From Hemiscyllium ocellatum (taxonomy: Eukaryota): 64,000 bases of DNA. Under the pieces are notes generated by a model. The model saw only the letters and a program-made list of their open reading frames with translations, did not search any database and was not told the DNA's origin. Location: the NCBI RefSeq assembly GCF_020745735.1, contig NC_083413.1, forward strand, positions 32,984,001-33,048,000, read 5' to 3'. The first letter of the stretch is position 1. Each line of letters opens with the position of its first letter. This document shows positions 1 to 12,400 of the stretch, piece after piece. The position numbers were made by a program, and so were the translations under genes.

Positions 1-139
1 AAGGCATCAGCATACCTGTCCCAGGCATTTTGTAAAGCTTTCCCAGCCACTACCACATCCGTGGCCTGGTAAACTTCCTCTCAGTTTCAATGAACCTGAA
101 GCACATGTCACTATTAAATGTTGAATGCACTGACTCCCT

Positions 140-860
140 GGTCTCGAGGGCTTTGGCTATAAGGAAAGGTTAAAAAGACTAGGATCATTTTCACTGGAAA
201 GACAGCGACTGGGAGGAGACCTGATAGAGATATACAAAATTATGACATACATAGATAAAGTGAATAGTCAGAGGCTTTTTCACAAGATTGAAGTTTCAAT
301 TACAAGTGGGCACAGTGGTTAGCACTGCTGCCTCACAGCGCCTGAGACCCGGGTTCAATTCCCGACACAGGCGACTGACTGTGTGGAGTTTGCACGTTCT
401 CGCCGTGTCTGCGTGGGTTTCCTCCGGGTGCTCCGGTTTCCTCCCACAGTCCAAAGATGTGCGGGTCAGGTGAATTGGCCAAACTAAATCGCCCGTAGTG
501 TTAGGTAAGGGGTAAATGTAGGGGTATGGGTGGGTTGCGCTTCGGCGGGTCGGTGTGGACTTGTTGAGCCGAAGGGCCTGTTTCCATACTGTAAGTAATC
601 TAATCTAATCTAAATCTAATCTAATCACAGGTTCAAGGTGAATGGGGGAATATTTAAGGGAGATGTGTGAAAGAAGTTTTTCACGCACAGAGTGGTAGGA
701 GCCTGGAATGCACTGCCAGAAGAGATGGTGAAACAACTCACGGTGACATTTAAGAGGCATCTGGATGGTTACATGAATAGGGAGTGAAGAGTGGGATACA
801 GATCAAATAAGGGCAGATGGCTTGTTTTTCAGTTTAGTTAGCGCATGATGATTGGCACAC
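140..860 (+). mobile_element. CR1/HER1-type LINE 3' fragment, interrupted by a SINE
   Basis: Typical CR1 ORF2 C-terminal text (LGxFSLExRRLxGDLIExYKI; W-N-A-L-P) continues across the SINE. Confidence 0.8.
308..625 (+). mobile_element. HE1-type V-SINE (tRNA-derived)
   Basis: A-box cacagtggttagc, B-box gggttcaattcc, V-domain gtgtggagtttgcacgttctc..gtgtctgcgtgggtt, (taatc)n tail. Confidence 0.9.
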
Positions 861-1501
861 TTCCTGTGCTTGATTTCTCTTTTGTTATTTGTTCTTATTC
901 TCCAGCCACTCCTTCTAACTCAAATCCTGGTAACAACCTTGTAAATCTTTTCTGCATCCTCTCCAAATAATATCCTTCCTATAACAGGGCAACCAGAACT
1001 GCACACAGCACTCCCAGTCAGAGCAGTGAAGGCGAGCATGCTAAATGCCTTCTTAACTGTCATGTCTACATGTGATACAAACTTCAAAGAACTATGTACC
1101 TGATCCCCCGAGGTCTCTCTGTTCAACAACATTTTACAGTGCCTTGCCATTTATTGTGTATGTCTTACCATTGTTTGCCTTACCAAAATGTAGCACCTCA
1201 CATTTATTTAAATGAAACTCCATTTGCCACTCCTTGGTCCATTGGCCCAATTGGTCAAGCCAATTTTGATGTCATCCACAAACTTACTAACCATGCTTCC
1301 TATATTCTCAACCAAATCATTTGGATAAATGACAAACAGCAGTGGACCCATCACCGTTCCATCTGGAATGCTGCTGGTTGCAGGCCTCCAGTTTGAAAAA
1401 CAACTCTTGAGCACCACCCTCTGCCTCCGACTGTCAAGCCAATTGTGTATCCAATCAGCAAGCTCTCCCTGAATCCTATGTGATCTAACTTTACTAACCA
1501 G

Positions 1502-1617
1502 AGTTGAAGATCAGGCAACATCCAAGGAGCAGGAGGGTCGATGTTTCGAGCATTAGCTCTTCATCAGGAATGAGAGGATGGCCTAAGCAGACTGAGAGAT
1601 AAATAGGAGAGGGATGG

Positions 1618-1680
<63 letters not shown>

Positions 1681-2044
1681 GTGGGGGGTGTTGAGGGGGG
1701 AGTAGCTGGGATTGTGATAGTTAGATGAAGGTCAAGGTGAAGGTAATAGGTCGGAGAGGAGGGTGAAGCAGATAGGTAGGAAGGGAGATGGGCAGGTAGG
1801 ACAGTTCATGAGGGCAGTGCCGAATTCGAAGGTTGGATCTGGGATAAGGTGGGGGGAGGGGAAATGCGGAAACTGGTGCAATCCACATTGATCCCATGTG
1901 GCTGGAGAGTCCAAAAGCGCAAGATGAGGTATTCTTCCTCTGAGTATCTGGTGGCTAAAGTATGGCACCAAAAGTGGGGAGTGTGCTTTTCCAGAGCCAC
2001 ATTCTTCATTGCTGATCTCCAGCATCTGCAGTCCTCACTTTCTC
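1502..2044 (-). mobile_element. PLE 3' fragment plus pseudo-LTR, with inverted short tail and 17-bp TSD
   Basis: EN tail (EEEYLILRF.TLQPHGINVD), hammerhead motif at 1540-1567, inverted tail 1981-2044. ctaactttactaaccag is duplicated at 1485-1501 and 2045-2061. Confidence 0.85.
1621..1679. repeat. (TG)n microsatellite
   Basis: Perfect TG run inside the PLE fragment. Confidence 0.98.
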
Positions 2045-2519
2045 CTAACTTTACTAACCAGTCTACCTTATGGAACCTTGTCAAAGGCCTTACTAAAGCC
2101 CATGTAGACAATGTCCACCACTCTGCCCTCATCTCTTTTCTTGATTACTTCCTCAAAAAAATTCAATCAAGTTTGTGAAACATGATTTCCCATGCACAAA
2201 GCTAAGCTGACTATCCCTAATGTTTTTGCCTCTCCAAATGCATGTAAATTTTGTCTCTCAAGAATCTCCTCCAACAACTTACCCACCACTGATGTCAAAC
2301 TCACCAGTCTATGTTTCCCAGGCTTCTCTTTGCAGCCTTTCTTTAATAAAGCTACAGTATTAGCCAATATCCAGCCTTGTGGCACCTCATAGATGATACA
2401 AATTTCTCTGCTAGGGGCCCTGCAATGTCTTCCCTAGTTTCCCACAATGCCCTAGGATGCACTTGATCAGGTTCCAAGAGATTTATCTACTCTTTTGTTT
2501 TTTAAGATTTCCAGCATTA

Positions 2520-2730
2520 CTTATTCCCTTCCCTAAAGGACATGAATGAATTGGATGTGGCTTTATAAAACAAGCAAGTTTACAATTCTGTTAGCTTCTA
2601 AAAAAGAATTCAGATTTTTAAAAATTGAATGCAAATTTCACCATCAGCCATGATGGAATTCAAACTCAGATCCCCAGAACATCACCCCAGGCTTCTGAGT
2701 TAATAGTCCCATGACATTACCACTTATCAA
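2520..2730 (-). mobile_element. Old tRNA-type SINE fragment
   Basis: Minus-strand head with a B-box-like segment (gggatctgagtttgaattcc). A related copy lies at about 62115-62900. Confidence 0.5.
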
Positions 2731-3296
2731 CATCTCCCCCTGTATCCTATAGCAGTTTGGTTGGCTCCTAATTTCCTTACCCTGGAAACAGAGATTGTCT
2801 TACACAGTAGGGCTTTTAGATACGCCCATGTCTTCATATGACTTGTGCACAAGTGGTTTTGGGAACTTTTTAAAGCTGCTGGAGCACCATTCCATTAACA
2901 TGACTGAAATATCAGTTACAAATGACATTGTGGTCAGGAATGGTGACCGTGGAATTGATATTTAAATCGGTACTTCTTTCTCTGCAAAAACCATTTTAAC
3001 TTCATAACTCTTAACCAAACGTTTAGGTGGTAGAGACAACTTTCTGACTAGCCAATTTCTGTACAGCATTTAGCAGTGGATTAGCACCATGTTTGAAAGG
3101 AGATAATTGCAAGAAATTTCTGATTAAGAACGTAAAACTCCGTATCATATCTACTACATAATAGGCTGAAGAACAGTTTTGACAATATTCTTGAATAATA
3201 TCAATTTTAATTTGCCTCAGTTTTACTGATATTGGTAATTACAATGTCATCTTCTACCATCATTGGTTCTTGGTTTTTATTTATTTTTTGTTTCAG

Positions 3297-3491
3297 GAGT
3301 CATGCCTACCTCTGAGCCCAACTGTGAGACTATTTTAAGAGCAAAATTGGCGGAACCTGAGTCTGAGCGTCAATGGGAGCTGAGTAAGGCCTGTTGGTAT
3401 TATCAGACGTACTGTCCAAAAGGAGGGTATCGTAAAGTGAGCTGTCTGAAACAGATGGAAGAACGCTGTCATGCCCGGATACTTCAGTGCA
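3297..3491 (+). CDS. PRSS56: PRSS56 exon: N-terminal six-Cys module (phase 1-1)
   Basis: Acceptor tttgtttcag|, donor A|gtatgt. Encodes [64 protein letters not shown], homologous to exon 30858-31046. Confidence 0.85.
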
Positions 3492-6400
3492 GTATGTATG
3501 AACCTAAAAATTCAGTTTGCACCAGTATCACTATGCCAGGCATTTGGAGGGGTGGTTTGGATCTGCTTGGATAGAAGACATGTATCCCACTTATACTGAG
3601 ACTTCTCGTACTTACAATATAAATCAATATTTGTTCTGGTGAATAAACTCTATGTTGCATTTGTGACCATTTCTACACAGATGAGATGATGAGAAAGCAG
3701 TTTAAATAAAAGAATACACAGTGGTCAGTAAGTACTAGAGACAATCAATTATAACAAACGTTATAGTGTGACTGTTTTTTTTACAGGTCAGACAGACAAC
3801 ATGAAGAGCCTGAATTCCATGTTAAAATCAGAAAGGAAAGGTAAGAACTGACTTCTGAATATTTGGAATCACAATGCAGGAATAGGTCAGAAGTCACACC
3901 AGATAATAGACCAATAGGGTCATTTAAAATCACAAACTTTCTGAGCACTGCTGCTTCATCAGGTTATGAAGGAACAGCGCTACAAAAGCTTGTGATTTTA
4001 AATAAACCTATTGAACTATAACCTGGTGTCATGTGACTTCTGAACCTGTCCACACCAGTAGTCCAACACAAACACTTCCACATCAGTTCAGGAATATGGC
4101 AGCAATTAATCTTGTAGCCTATTAAATCATACGTCACATTGCAATGGAAATCCTGGTAAAATGGATATCTGTTTTCCTGAAATACCAAAACTTATATCTT
4201 TGCCCATATCTTTATTATGTTATTGATCTGAAAAACAATCTATTAAAAATTGCTTAGCATGTAAATGAAGGTACAAATGTAATCATAACAAATAGAGAAA
4301 GAAACAGCAGCACAATAAAACAATGTTTTCAGTAATAAAAAGCAAATAATTATACTTCTTCAAAATATGGGAAGTATTAAACAAAGTCTCAAAACTAATT
4401 AGATGTGAATGGGTTGCCTTCACAACTACTCTCTGTATGATTTAAGTTATAATATCCTGCGGAACATAGCAACTGGAGTAGACCATTCCACTTAAAGACA
4501 AAATACCGTGGATGCTAGAAGTCTAAAATAAATACTCAGAATGCTGGAGAAATTCAGCAAGGTTTGGCAGTGTCTGTGGAGAGTGAAACGGAGTTAGTGT
4601 TGTTCCTCACATCACTTCTTCAAAACTGAAAAGTGTTGGAAAATTGTTTTAATAGTTTTGAAAAGGCAGAGAAGGACCAAGAAAACAGACAGTACAGAGG
4701 CCCATTACAAATGACAAATGCCTGATTAATAGAGCAGAGAAAGAGATATAAAAAGGGTGTAACTAAAAGTGTGAAAGAGAGAGAATGGCTCCTTGTTACT
4801 AAGTGATAAGTAAGAACATTCCATTCCTTAAGCCTGTTCTACCACTCATTCAGATCATAGCTGATCTGTATCTTTACTCAACCACCCTGGTCCCCTATTA
4901 TACTTCTTTTAGATTAAATTAGATTCCCTACAGTATAGAAACAGGCCCTTCGGCCCAACAAGTCCACATCGACCTTCCGAGGAGTAACCCACCCAGACCA
5001 ATTCCTCTACCCTATATTTATCCTGACTATGGACAATTTAGCCAGGCTAATTCACCTAAACTGCACATCTTTGGATTGTGGGAGGAAACCGGAGCACTCG
5101 GAGGTAACCCACACAGACACAGGGGGAATATGCAAACCCTACACACAGTCGACCGAGGCGGGAATGAAACCTGGGTCCCTGGCGCTGTGAGGCAGCAGTG
5201 CTAACCACTGAGCCACCGTGCTGCCCAGAAAGATCAAATTCAGCTTTGCAATTTTCAAATGACCTACCTTCTCTGGGGGAGAGAATCCCATGGTCTTACA
5301 GCACTTTTTGGGCAGAAATATTTCCTGTTGTGAACCTTAACAACATAGCTCTGGTGTTCATATTATGCCATGTTCTGGGTTCTACCACCAGAGGAAGAAT
5401 TTACTCTCTATTTGCTCCATTAATTTCTTTTTTCATCTTCATCACTTTAATTTGATCACCTTTTATTCTTTTATATTCAAGGGAATATGAATGTTGTCCA
5501 TGAAAAGTGTCTCCATAATTTTATTCTTTTAGGCCCAGTATAATACTGTTGAACCTATGCTGCTTTCCCTCAAGAGCCGAGGTAGGTTTTCCAGAACTGA
5601 ACTCAGTTCTGCAGATAAGATCCAACTGGAGCTTTGTGCAATTAACATTATACCACCTCATTGCATTCCAAACCCATGAAATAAACATCAACATTAGTCA
5701 TTTCAATTATTTACTGCCTCTCTCCACTGATCGCCTCACAGCCAGCCATCTAAGATAATGATTAGTTGGTTACTGATGTTGTATTGTAAAGAAAAATCAC
5801 CAAATTAATCCAGCAATCAACATGTTCAATTTAAAGCTGAATCTAAGCAATATGAGAATTTGAAATGTTGCTGGGAGCACACTGTCAGACAGCAAAGCAG
5901 GCAGTTAGGGAGGTGTGATTGCACATGACCTTTTACATATCGGGGCATTTCCTCGATTTATTAAAAAAAAAGAGAGATTATTGTGATCCACCAAAGAACA
6001 TCTGTCTTTCATAAGATCTTACAATAAACAATTGCAGACTATTTCTTTATAATAGAGACAAAATTCAAATTTTTTAAAGGTAGAATGAAATAAAAATAGC
6101 ACACACACTCAGACTAGGACAGCCATAATCTGTGATTACACAGTAGCTGAGTCTTACCAGAGTGTCAATGTTGGTGGGTTTCATGAAGGGTTTCTTTCAC
6201 AAGGCTCAGCAAGTTCTTTCACACTACCTTCCTAAACTCATCTCATTACCTCAATGGTATTCTTCTACTAACTGTGGCCACGTGTTTTCGCTACTGACAG
6301 GATATTCCAGGATCTCTTGTGCTAATGCCATCTTTAAACCTCAGCTGTTACCTGGTCAGATGTTGGCAGTCCAGAGGTACCATTCATTGTGCATGTGGTG

Positions 6401-9400
6401 GGAGAATGACCACAAGCCGATGCTTCCTCAGGGCACAGAGGTAGCACAGTTGACTCTTTGTTGCACATACAAGTGCACATTCATACTTCTATTGCTATTT
6501 AAGGACCAAGTGGCACAGCCTACCTGTACTTAGCCTGATCCCATTTTATAGTCATGTCTACATTGTCTTGTGGCCTAGGAGCAGTATCCCTATATTTGGG
6601 ATAGAAATCCCTGGTTCAAATCCCAACTGCTCCAGAAGTATGTTATACTATGCATGACAAGATTGTAAAAATGTCTACAATCGTGACTAAGTTAGTGTTA
6701 CCCTTTCCTGATGTCCAGTGAAGCCCAGCACCTTCTCATTTCTCAATGTGGGACCATCACATGCTGAAAAGGTTCAAAACATTCACTTTTATTCAGGTAG
6801 AAAATGATGTTCCTACTGCACAGTGTCTTTACCTTCCTCCATGGAAGGCTGCTACCTGTCTCCCAGTCCGTCCACCTCTATCATACCCTCACGTAGCCTG
6901 CTCCAGTTGTAAACAGCCCAGCATGCTGTCAGCATTCACATCACACAGAAATGACAAATTAATATATTCCAACAGTGAGACATGCAGCATTTCAACAAAG
7001 AGGACCATGCAAAGCTTTTTCATGGAACTTTGACATAAGACCTTACTTTGCTGAATGCAGCATTATTTATGTCATAGGATATTGTGAACAGACATTGTCA
7101 ATGTTGCATGAGTAATGACACATTCTCCTCCCAGCCTCACGTCACTCAAGAAAGGCATCGTTGTATATAAGGGCAGGTTGGCAAATACTACGACTCAATT
7201 TGAGAGGAAATCAAAGTTAAAAATCACACAACACCAGATTATAGTCCAATGGGTTTAATTGGAAGCCCTAGCTTTCAGAGCGCTGCTCCTTCATCAGGTG
7301 TCTGTGGAGTACAAAATTGTAAGACACAGAATTTATAGCAAACGTTTACCGTCTCTAAATCATGAGAGGAAATCAGTTCTGTGCCCCTGTGCAGCCTATG
7401 AGAGTTTTGCATTATGGTCCTCAAATATCTGTGATTATTTCACAGAGATGACTAGCTGCAATAACCAATGAAATGGTCAAGGTAGCTTCTGTGCAGCATT
7501 TACACCCCATAGGGACACTGTTTACATTTCCCGTACAGGGTGCAATGTTTTCACCGTGTTCTGTGTGAGTAATTTGATGTAATTGTCCCTTGAAGCTACC
7601 TGGCTTCCACTGTAAAATGCAAGACAAGTCAGAACAATTGTGGGCACTTAAGGCCTGACTGAGAGGGCAAAGTGCAAAAAGGTAAGATAAGGCAAGGCAG
7701 GAATGCTGCGAGCATCAAAGTAGGCACAAAGGGAGTGAGCTGATGAACACTTCTGAGGTGCACCCTGGTCATAGAGTCATACAGCTGCACAGCATGGAAA
7801 GTCTCCACACCAACCAGATATCCTAAATTAATCTAGTTCTGTTGGCCAGCATTGGCTCATATCCCTCTAAACCCTTCCTGTTCATAAACTCACCCAGATC
7901 CCTTTTAAATTTTGTAACTGTACCAGCCTCTGCCATTTCCTCTGGCAGCTCATTCCATACTTGCAACAATACCCTCTTCATGAACAAATTGCTCCCTAAG
8001 TCTTTTTCAAATCTTTCCCCTCTCACATTAAAACTATGTCCTCTAGGTTTGGACACTACTAGCCTGGGAAAAAGACCTTGGCTATTACCCCTAACTATGC
8101 CCCTCATGATTTTATAAACTTCTAAAAGGTCACCCCCCCCCCACCCTCAGCTTCCAATGCTCCAGGGAAAATAGCTCAGTCTATTCAGCCTCTCCCTATA
8201 GCTCAATTCCTCCAACCGAATCCAACCGACAGTCATCACAGGGATCTGTAGGGGAGCAACCAAAGAAGGTGTCAACAATGACCCCACTGGAGGGCCGCTG
8301 CCCTGGGCTTGACATGTATGCTCAAACTGTCAGGAAATATATAAATGCCAGATTCATCAGCCGTACCCACAAGGTAGAGCAAAACATCACCTGTTCACAA
8401 CGCAATGCCATCCAGGCTCTCAAAACCAATGACAACATTGTCATCAAACCAGCAGATAAAGGAGGAGCCATTGTCATTCAGAATAGAACAGATTACTGCA
8501 AGGAAGTGTACCGACAACTGAACAACCAGGAACACCACAGGCAACCACCAGCTGATCCGACCAAAGAACACACCCGAGAATTAAACACACCGATCAAAAC
8601 TTTGGATCCAGTCCTTCAGAGTTCTCTATGTGCCCTCATCCCATGTACTTCTCAAGTAGGCGACTTCTACTGCCTTCCAAAGGTACACAAAGCCAACACA
8701 TCGGGACGTCCCATCGTGAAAGGGCAATGGGACCCTACGTGAGAATCTCTCCGGCTATGTGGAAGGCATCTTGAAACCTATTGTATAGGGGATCTCCAGC
8801 TTCTGTTGCGACACTACGGATTTCTTACAGAAACTCAGCACTCACGGACCAGTCGAACCGGGAACATTCCTCGTCACAATGGACGTTTCCGCACTCTACA
8901 CCAGCATCCCCCACAGTGATAGCATCATGGCAACAGCCTCAGTACTCGACACCAACAACTGCCGGTCTCCAAACACCATCCTACAGCTCATCCGCTTTAT
9001 CCTCAATCATAACGTCGTCACCTTTGAGAACCAATTCTTCATCCAGACACACAGAACAGCCATGGGGATCAAATTTGCACCCCAATATGCCAACATTTTT
9101 ATGCACAGGTTCAAACAAGATTTCTTCTCTATGCAGGATCTCCAACCAACATTGTACACCAGGTACATTGATGACATTTTCTTCCTCTGGACCCAAGGCA
9201 AGGAGTCACTGATAAAACTACACAGTGACATCAACAAGTTTCATCCCACCATCAAACTCACCATGGTCTACTCTCGACTATCTGTCTCATTCTTGGACAC
9301 GTGCATCTCCATCAAGGATGGATACCTCAGCACCACACTTTACCGCAAACCCACAGACAACCTCACAATGCTACACTTCTCCAGCTTCCACCCAAAACAT

Positions 9401-12400
9401 ATTAAAACAGTCATTCCCTATGGACAAGCCCTACACATACACCGGATCTGCTCAGATGAGGAGGAACGTGATGGACACCTGGAAGTACTCAGGGATGCCC
9501 TCACAAGAACGGGGTACGATGCTCAACACATCGACCGCCAGTTCCAACGTGCAACAGCAAGGAACCGTAATGACCTCCTCAGGAGACAGACATATGCTGC
9601 AACTGACAGGGTACCCTTCGTTGTTCAGTATTTCCCAGGAGCTGAAAAATTACGCCATGTTCTTCATGACCTGCAACGCATTATCAATGAGGATGAGCAC
9701 CTCACCAAGATCTTCCCCACACCTCCACTACTTGCCTTTAAACAACCGCGAAACCTCAAACAGATAATTGTCTGTAGCAAACTGCCCGGCTCTCAGGACA
9801 ACTCCATATAACCCTGTCACGGTGGACGCTGCAAGACGTGTCAGATTGTGGACATAGATACCACCATTACGCGTGGGAACACCTTCCACCTTGTACATGG
9901 CAGGTACTAATGTGACTCAGCCAACGTTGTCTATCTTATACGTTGCAGGCAAGGATGCCCGGAGGCATGGTACATTGGGGAAACCGAGCAAAGGCTACGA
10001 CAACGGATGAATGGGCACCGCACAACAATCAACAGACAGGAGGGTTCCCTCCCAGTTGGGGAACACTTCAGTGGTCCAGGACATTCAGCCTCGGACCTTC
10101 GAGTGACCATCCTTCAAGGTGGACTTCGGGACAGGCAGCAGAGAAAAGTGGCCGAGCAGAGGCTGATAGCTAAGTTTGGTACCCATAGGGAGGGCCTCAA
10201 CCGAGACCTTGGGTTCATGTCACATTACAGGTGATCATTGCACTACACACACACACAGATATTCCTACACACACATACTCTCACATACACATGGATACCC
10301 GCACACACTCTTATAGACACATACACTCCCACACTCACACATGCACCCCCTCACAGACTTAAGACACTCTGCACTCACTACACACACACACATACACTTT
10401 CTCACACTCACAACCCCCACCCCAGACAGATATACACACACAGACAGACAAAGACCCACATGCACACATATATTTTGTGGGGTGAATTTGTACTTGCAGA
10501 GTTACATTGTACTTTGCTCAAAAACTGCATGCATTCATGTAGAACTCTGAGCTCGAAAACTGCATGAATTTATGTAAAACTCTGTTATCTCATTTTTTCG
10601 ATTAGAATCAATCTAAACATCATGGCATAGACAGAGAACACAGGGGGCCAACACCTTCATCATATTGTCTCGCTATCACCATTGTTAACAGCAATCCCGA
10701 GAATGCAAATTTTTTTAAAAAAGGTTTTGTGATTTACACATGAAAGAAGTGAAACTATCACTGTATTCTAACAGATGAAAGGCTTAACAGACAATCAATT
10801 TTTCAATGTATGATTTCAGTTACATCACACTATAAATTTTTGCTATAAATTCTATGTTACGATTGAGCCCTCCACAATCACCTGATGAAGGAGCATCGCT
10901 CTGAAAGCTAGTGTGCTTCCAATTAAACCTGTTGCACTATAACCTGGTGTTGTGTGATTTTTAACTTTGCACACCCCAGTCCAACACCGGCATCTCCAAA
11001 TCATGGATGGTAGTGTATGCAATCATTGCCCTAGGACCATGCCTTGAGATGCTGATGTCTGGTGTCCAGGATGGATATCGGGGAAGCAAGTGGTGAGCTG
11101 GATTTGCCAAGTAACTGGTCCAACTTTTATGTTGGGAACTGTTGCCTTTTAATTTCTATCTGGTGGGTGGGAGAATGAGAAACTGCATATTAATGAGGTG
11201 AGATTAGATAATAATGAGAGTTTAATACATGCTAATACATGCAAATATGCCTCTCACTGCTCTCTAATGGAAAATCTCATCTCGCTGTTGAATCATCCTA
11301 CCAAGTAATCACACTAAATTGTGACTTTTTTTTGGAATATCTAGTATTTTCACGAGTGCATTGGAAGATTGTATGTCCATTTAAAATAGAATTGTCAGGC
11401 TATGAGTATCTTTAATTGCTACTAATTCTATAACACATACTCATGAATATAATGTAATCTAGAATTGATTCTTATTACAAATATTCATAAGCAAACATTA
11501 AAACACACTTAATCCTCAACAACCCACAAATAGATAACAATATCCTAGAATTCTTAAGTTAGGATTCTGTGTGCTGATAATGTTTAAATTAAACAAGTTG
11601 GTTTCAGCTATAATATCCTATTAATATTGTTAGTCTGAAAACTCTTCAGGAGAGAAGGACTGTTGCAGGGCCCGTACTAAAAACAACAAATGCTGGAGAT
11701 CATAGCAGGTGATCACAGCATCCATAGAGAGAGAGGTAGCTAACGTTTTGAGTCTAGATGACTCTGTGTCAGAGCTGAAGTTAAACGTGGAGACAGCAGC
11801 ATTTATGCTCTTGTTAGGGGTTGTGAGTGGGTGTAGAGTACTGGGGAGAAAGGATGTTAATAGTTTAGATTAATGTGATCAAAATGTGAGAATAGCAGAA
11901 CAATAATGTGTCAAATTGCCAGACTTGAAAGAACAGACAGTCCTACTCATGTGGGGGAGGGGAGGGAAGATATGGTGACAAATAATGTAACAAGTAAAGC
12001 TAAAAGAAAAGAAAGAAATGGGAGTTGGTTTACAATTTGTAGATGTTGAACTCAATATTAAGTCCAGAAGGCTATAAAGTTACCACTTTTCAGAACACCT
12101 CCTGTCTGTGCACAATCATGACCCTGAACTTCCCGTAGCCGGTCATTTTAACACAGAGTGGGCTCACATGCCCACTGAGGAAAAAGGGTTACATCCAAAA
12201 TGTCAATGTCTCCACCTCCTGATCCTGCCTGGTTTGCTGTGTACTTCCAGCCTCCTGCTTGTCAACTTTGGATTTTAGAATCTGCAGTTTTTTTTTGTTT
12301 CTTTACTTGTCTGTCCTCGGCATGCCAGTGTTCCAGTGAATCATTGCACAAACTGGAGGAACAGCATCTCATCTTCAAATTAGGCACTTTATAGTCTTCT

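Larger units (their letters stand above)
905..2520 (-). mobile_element. CR1 LINE RT fragment, split by a PLE insertion
   Basis: Minus-strand ORFs give GKHRLVSLTSVVGKLLE and GPLLFVIY..DL..KFVDDIKIG. Confidence 0.85.

Noticed and set aside
308-380. tRNA-like A/B boxes, also at about 5150-5224 and 41198-41260
   Set aside because: These are SINE heads, not tRNA genes. They continue into the V-domain and tail.
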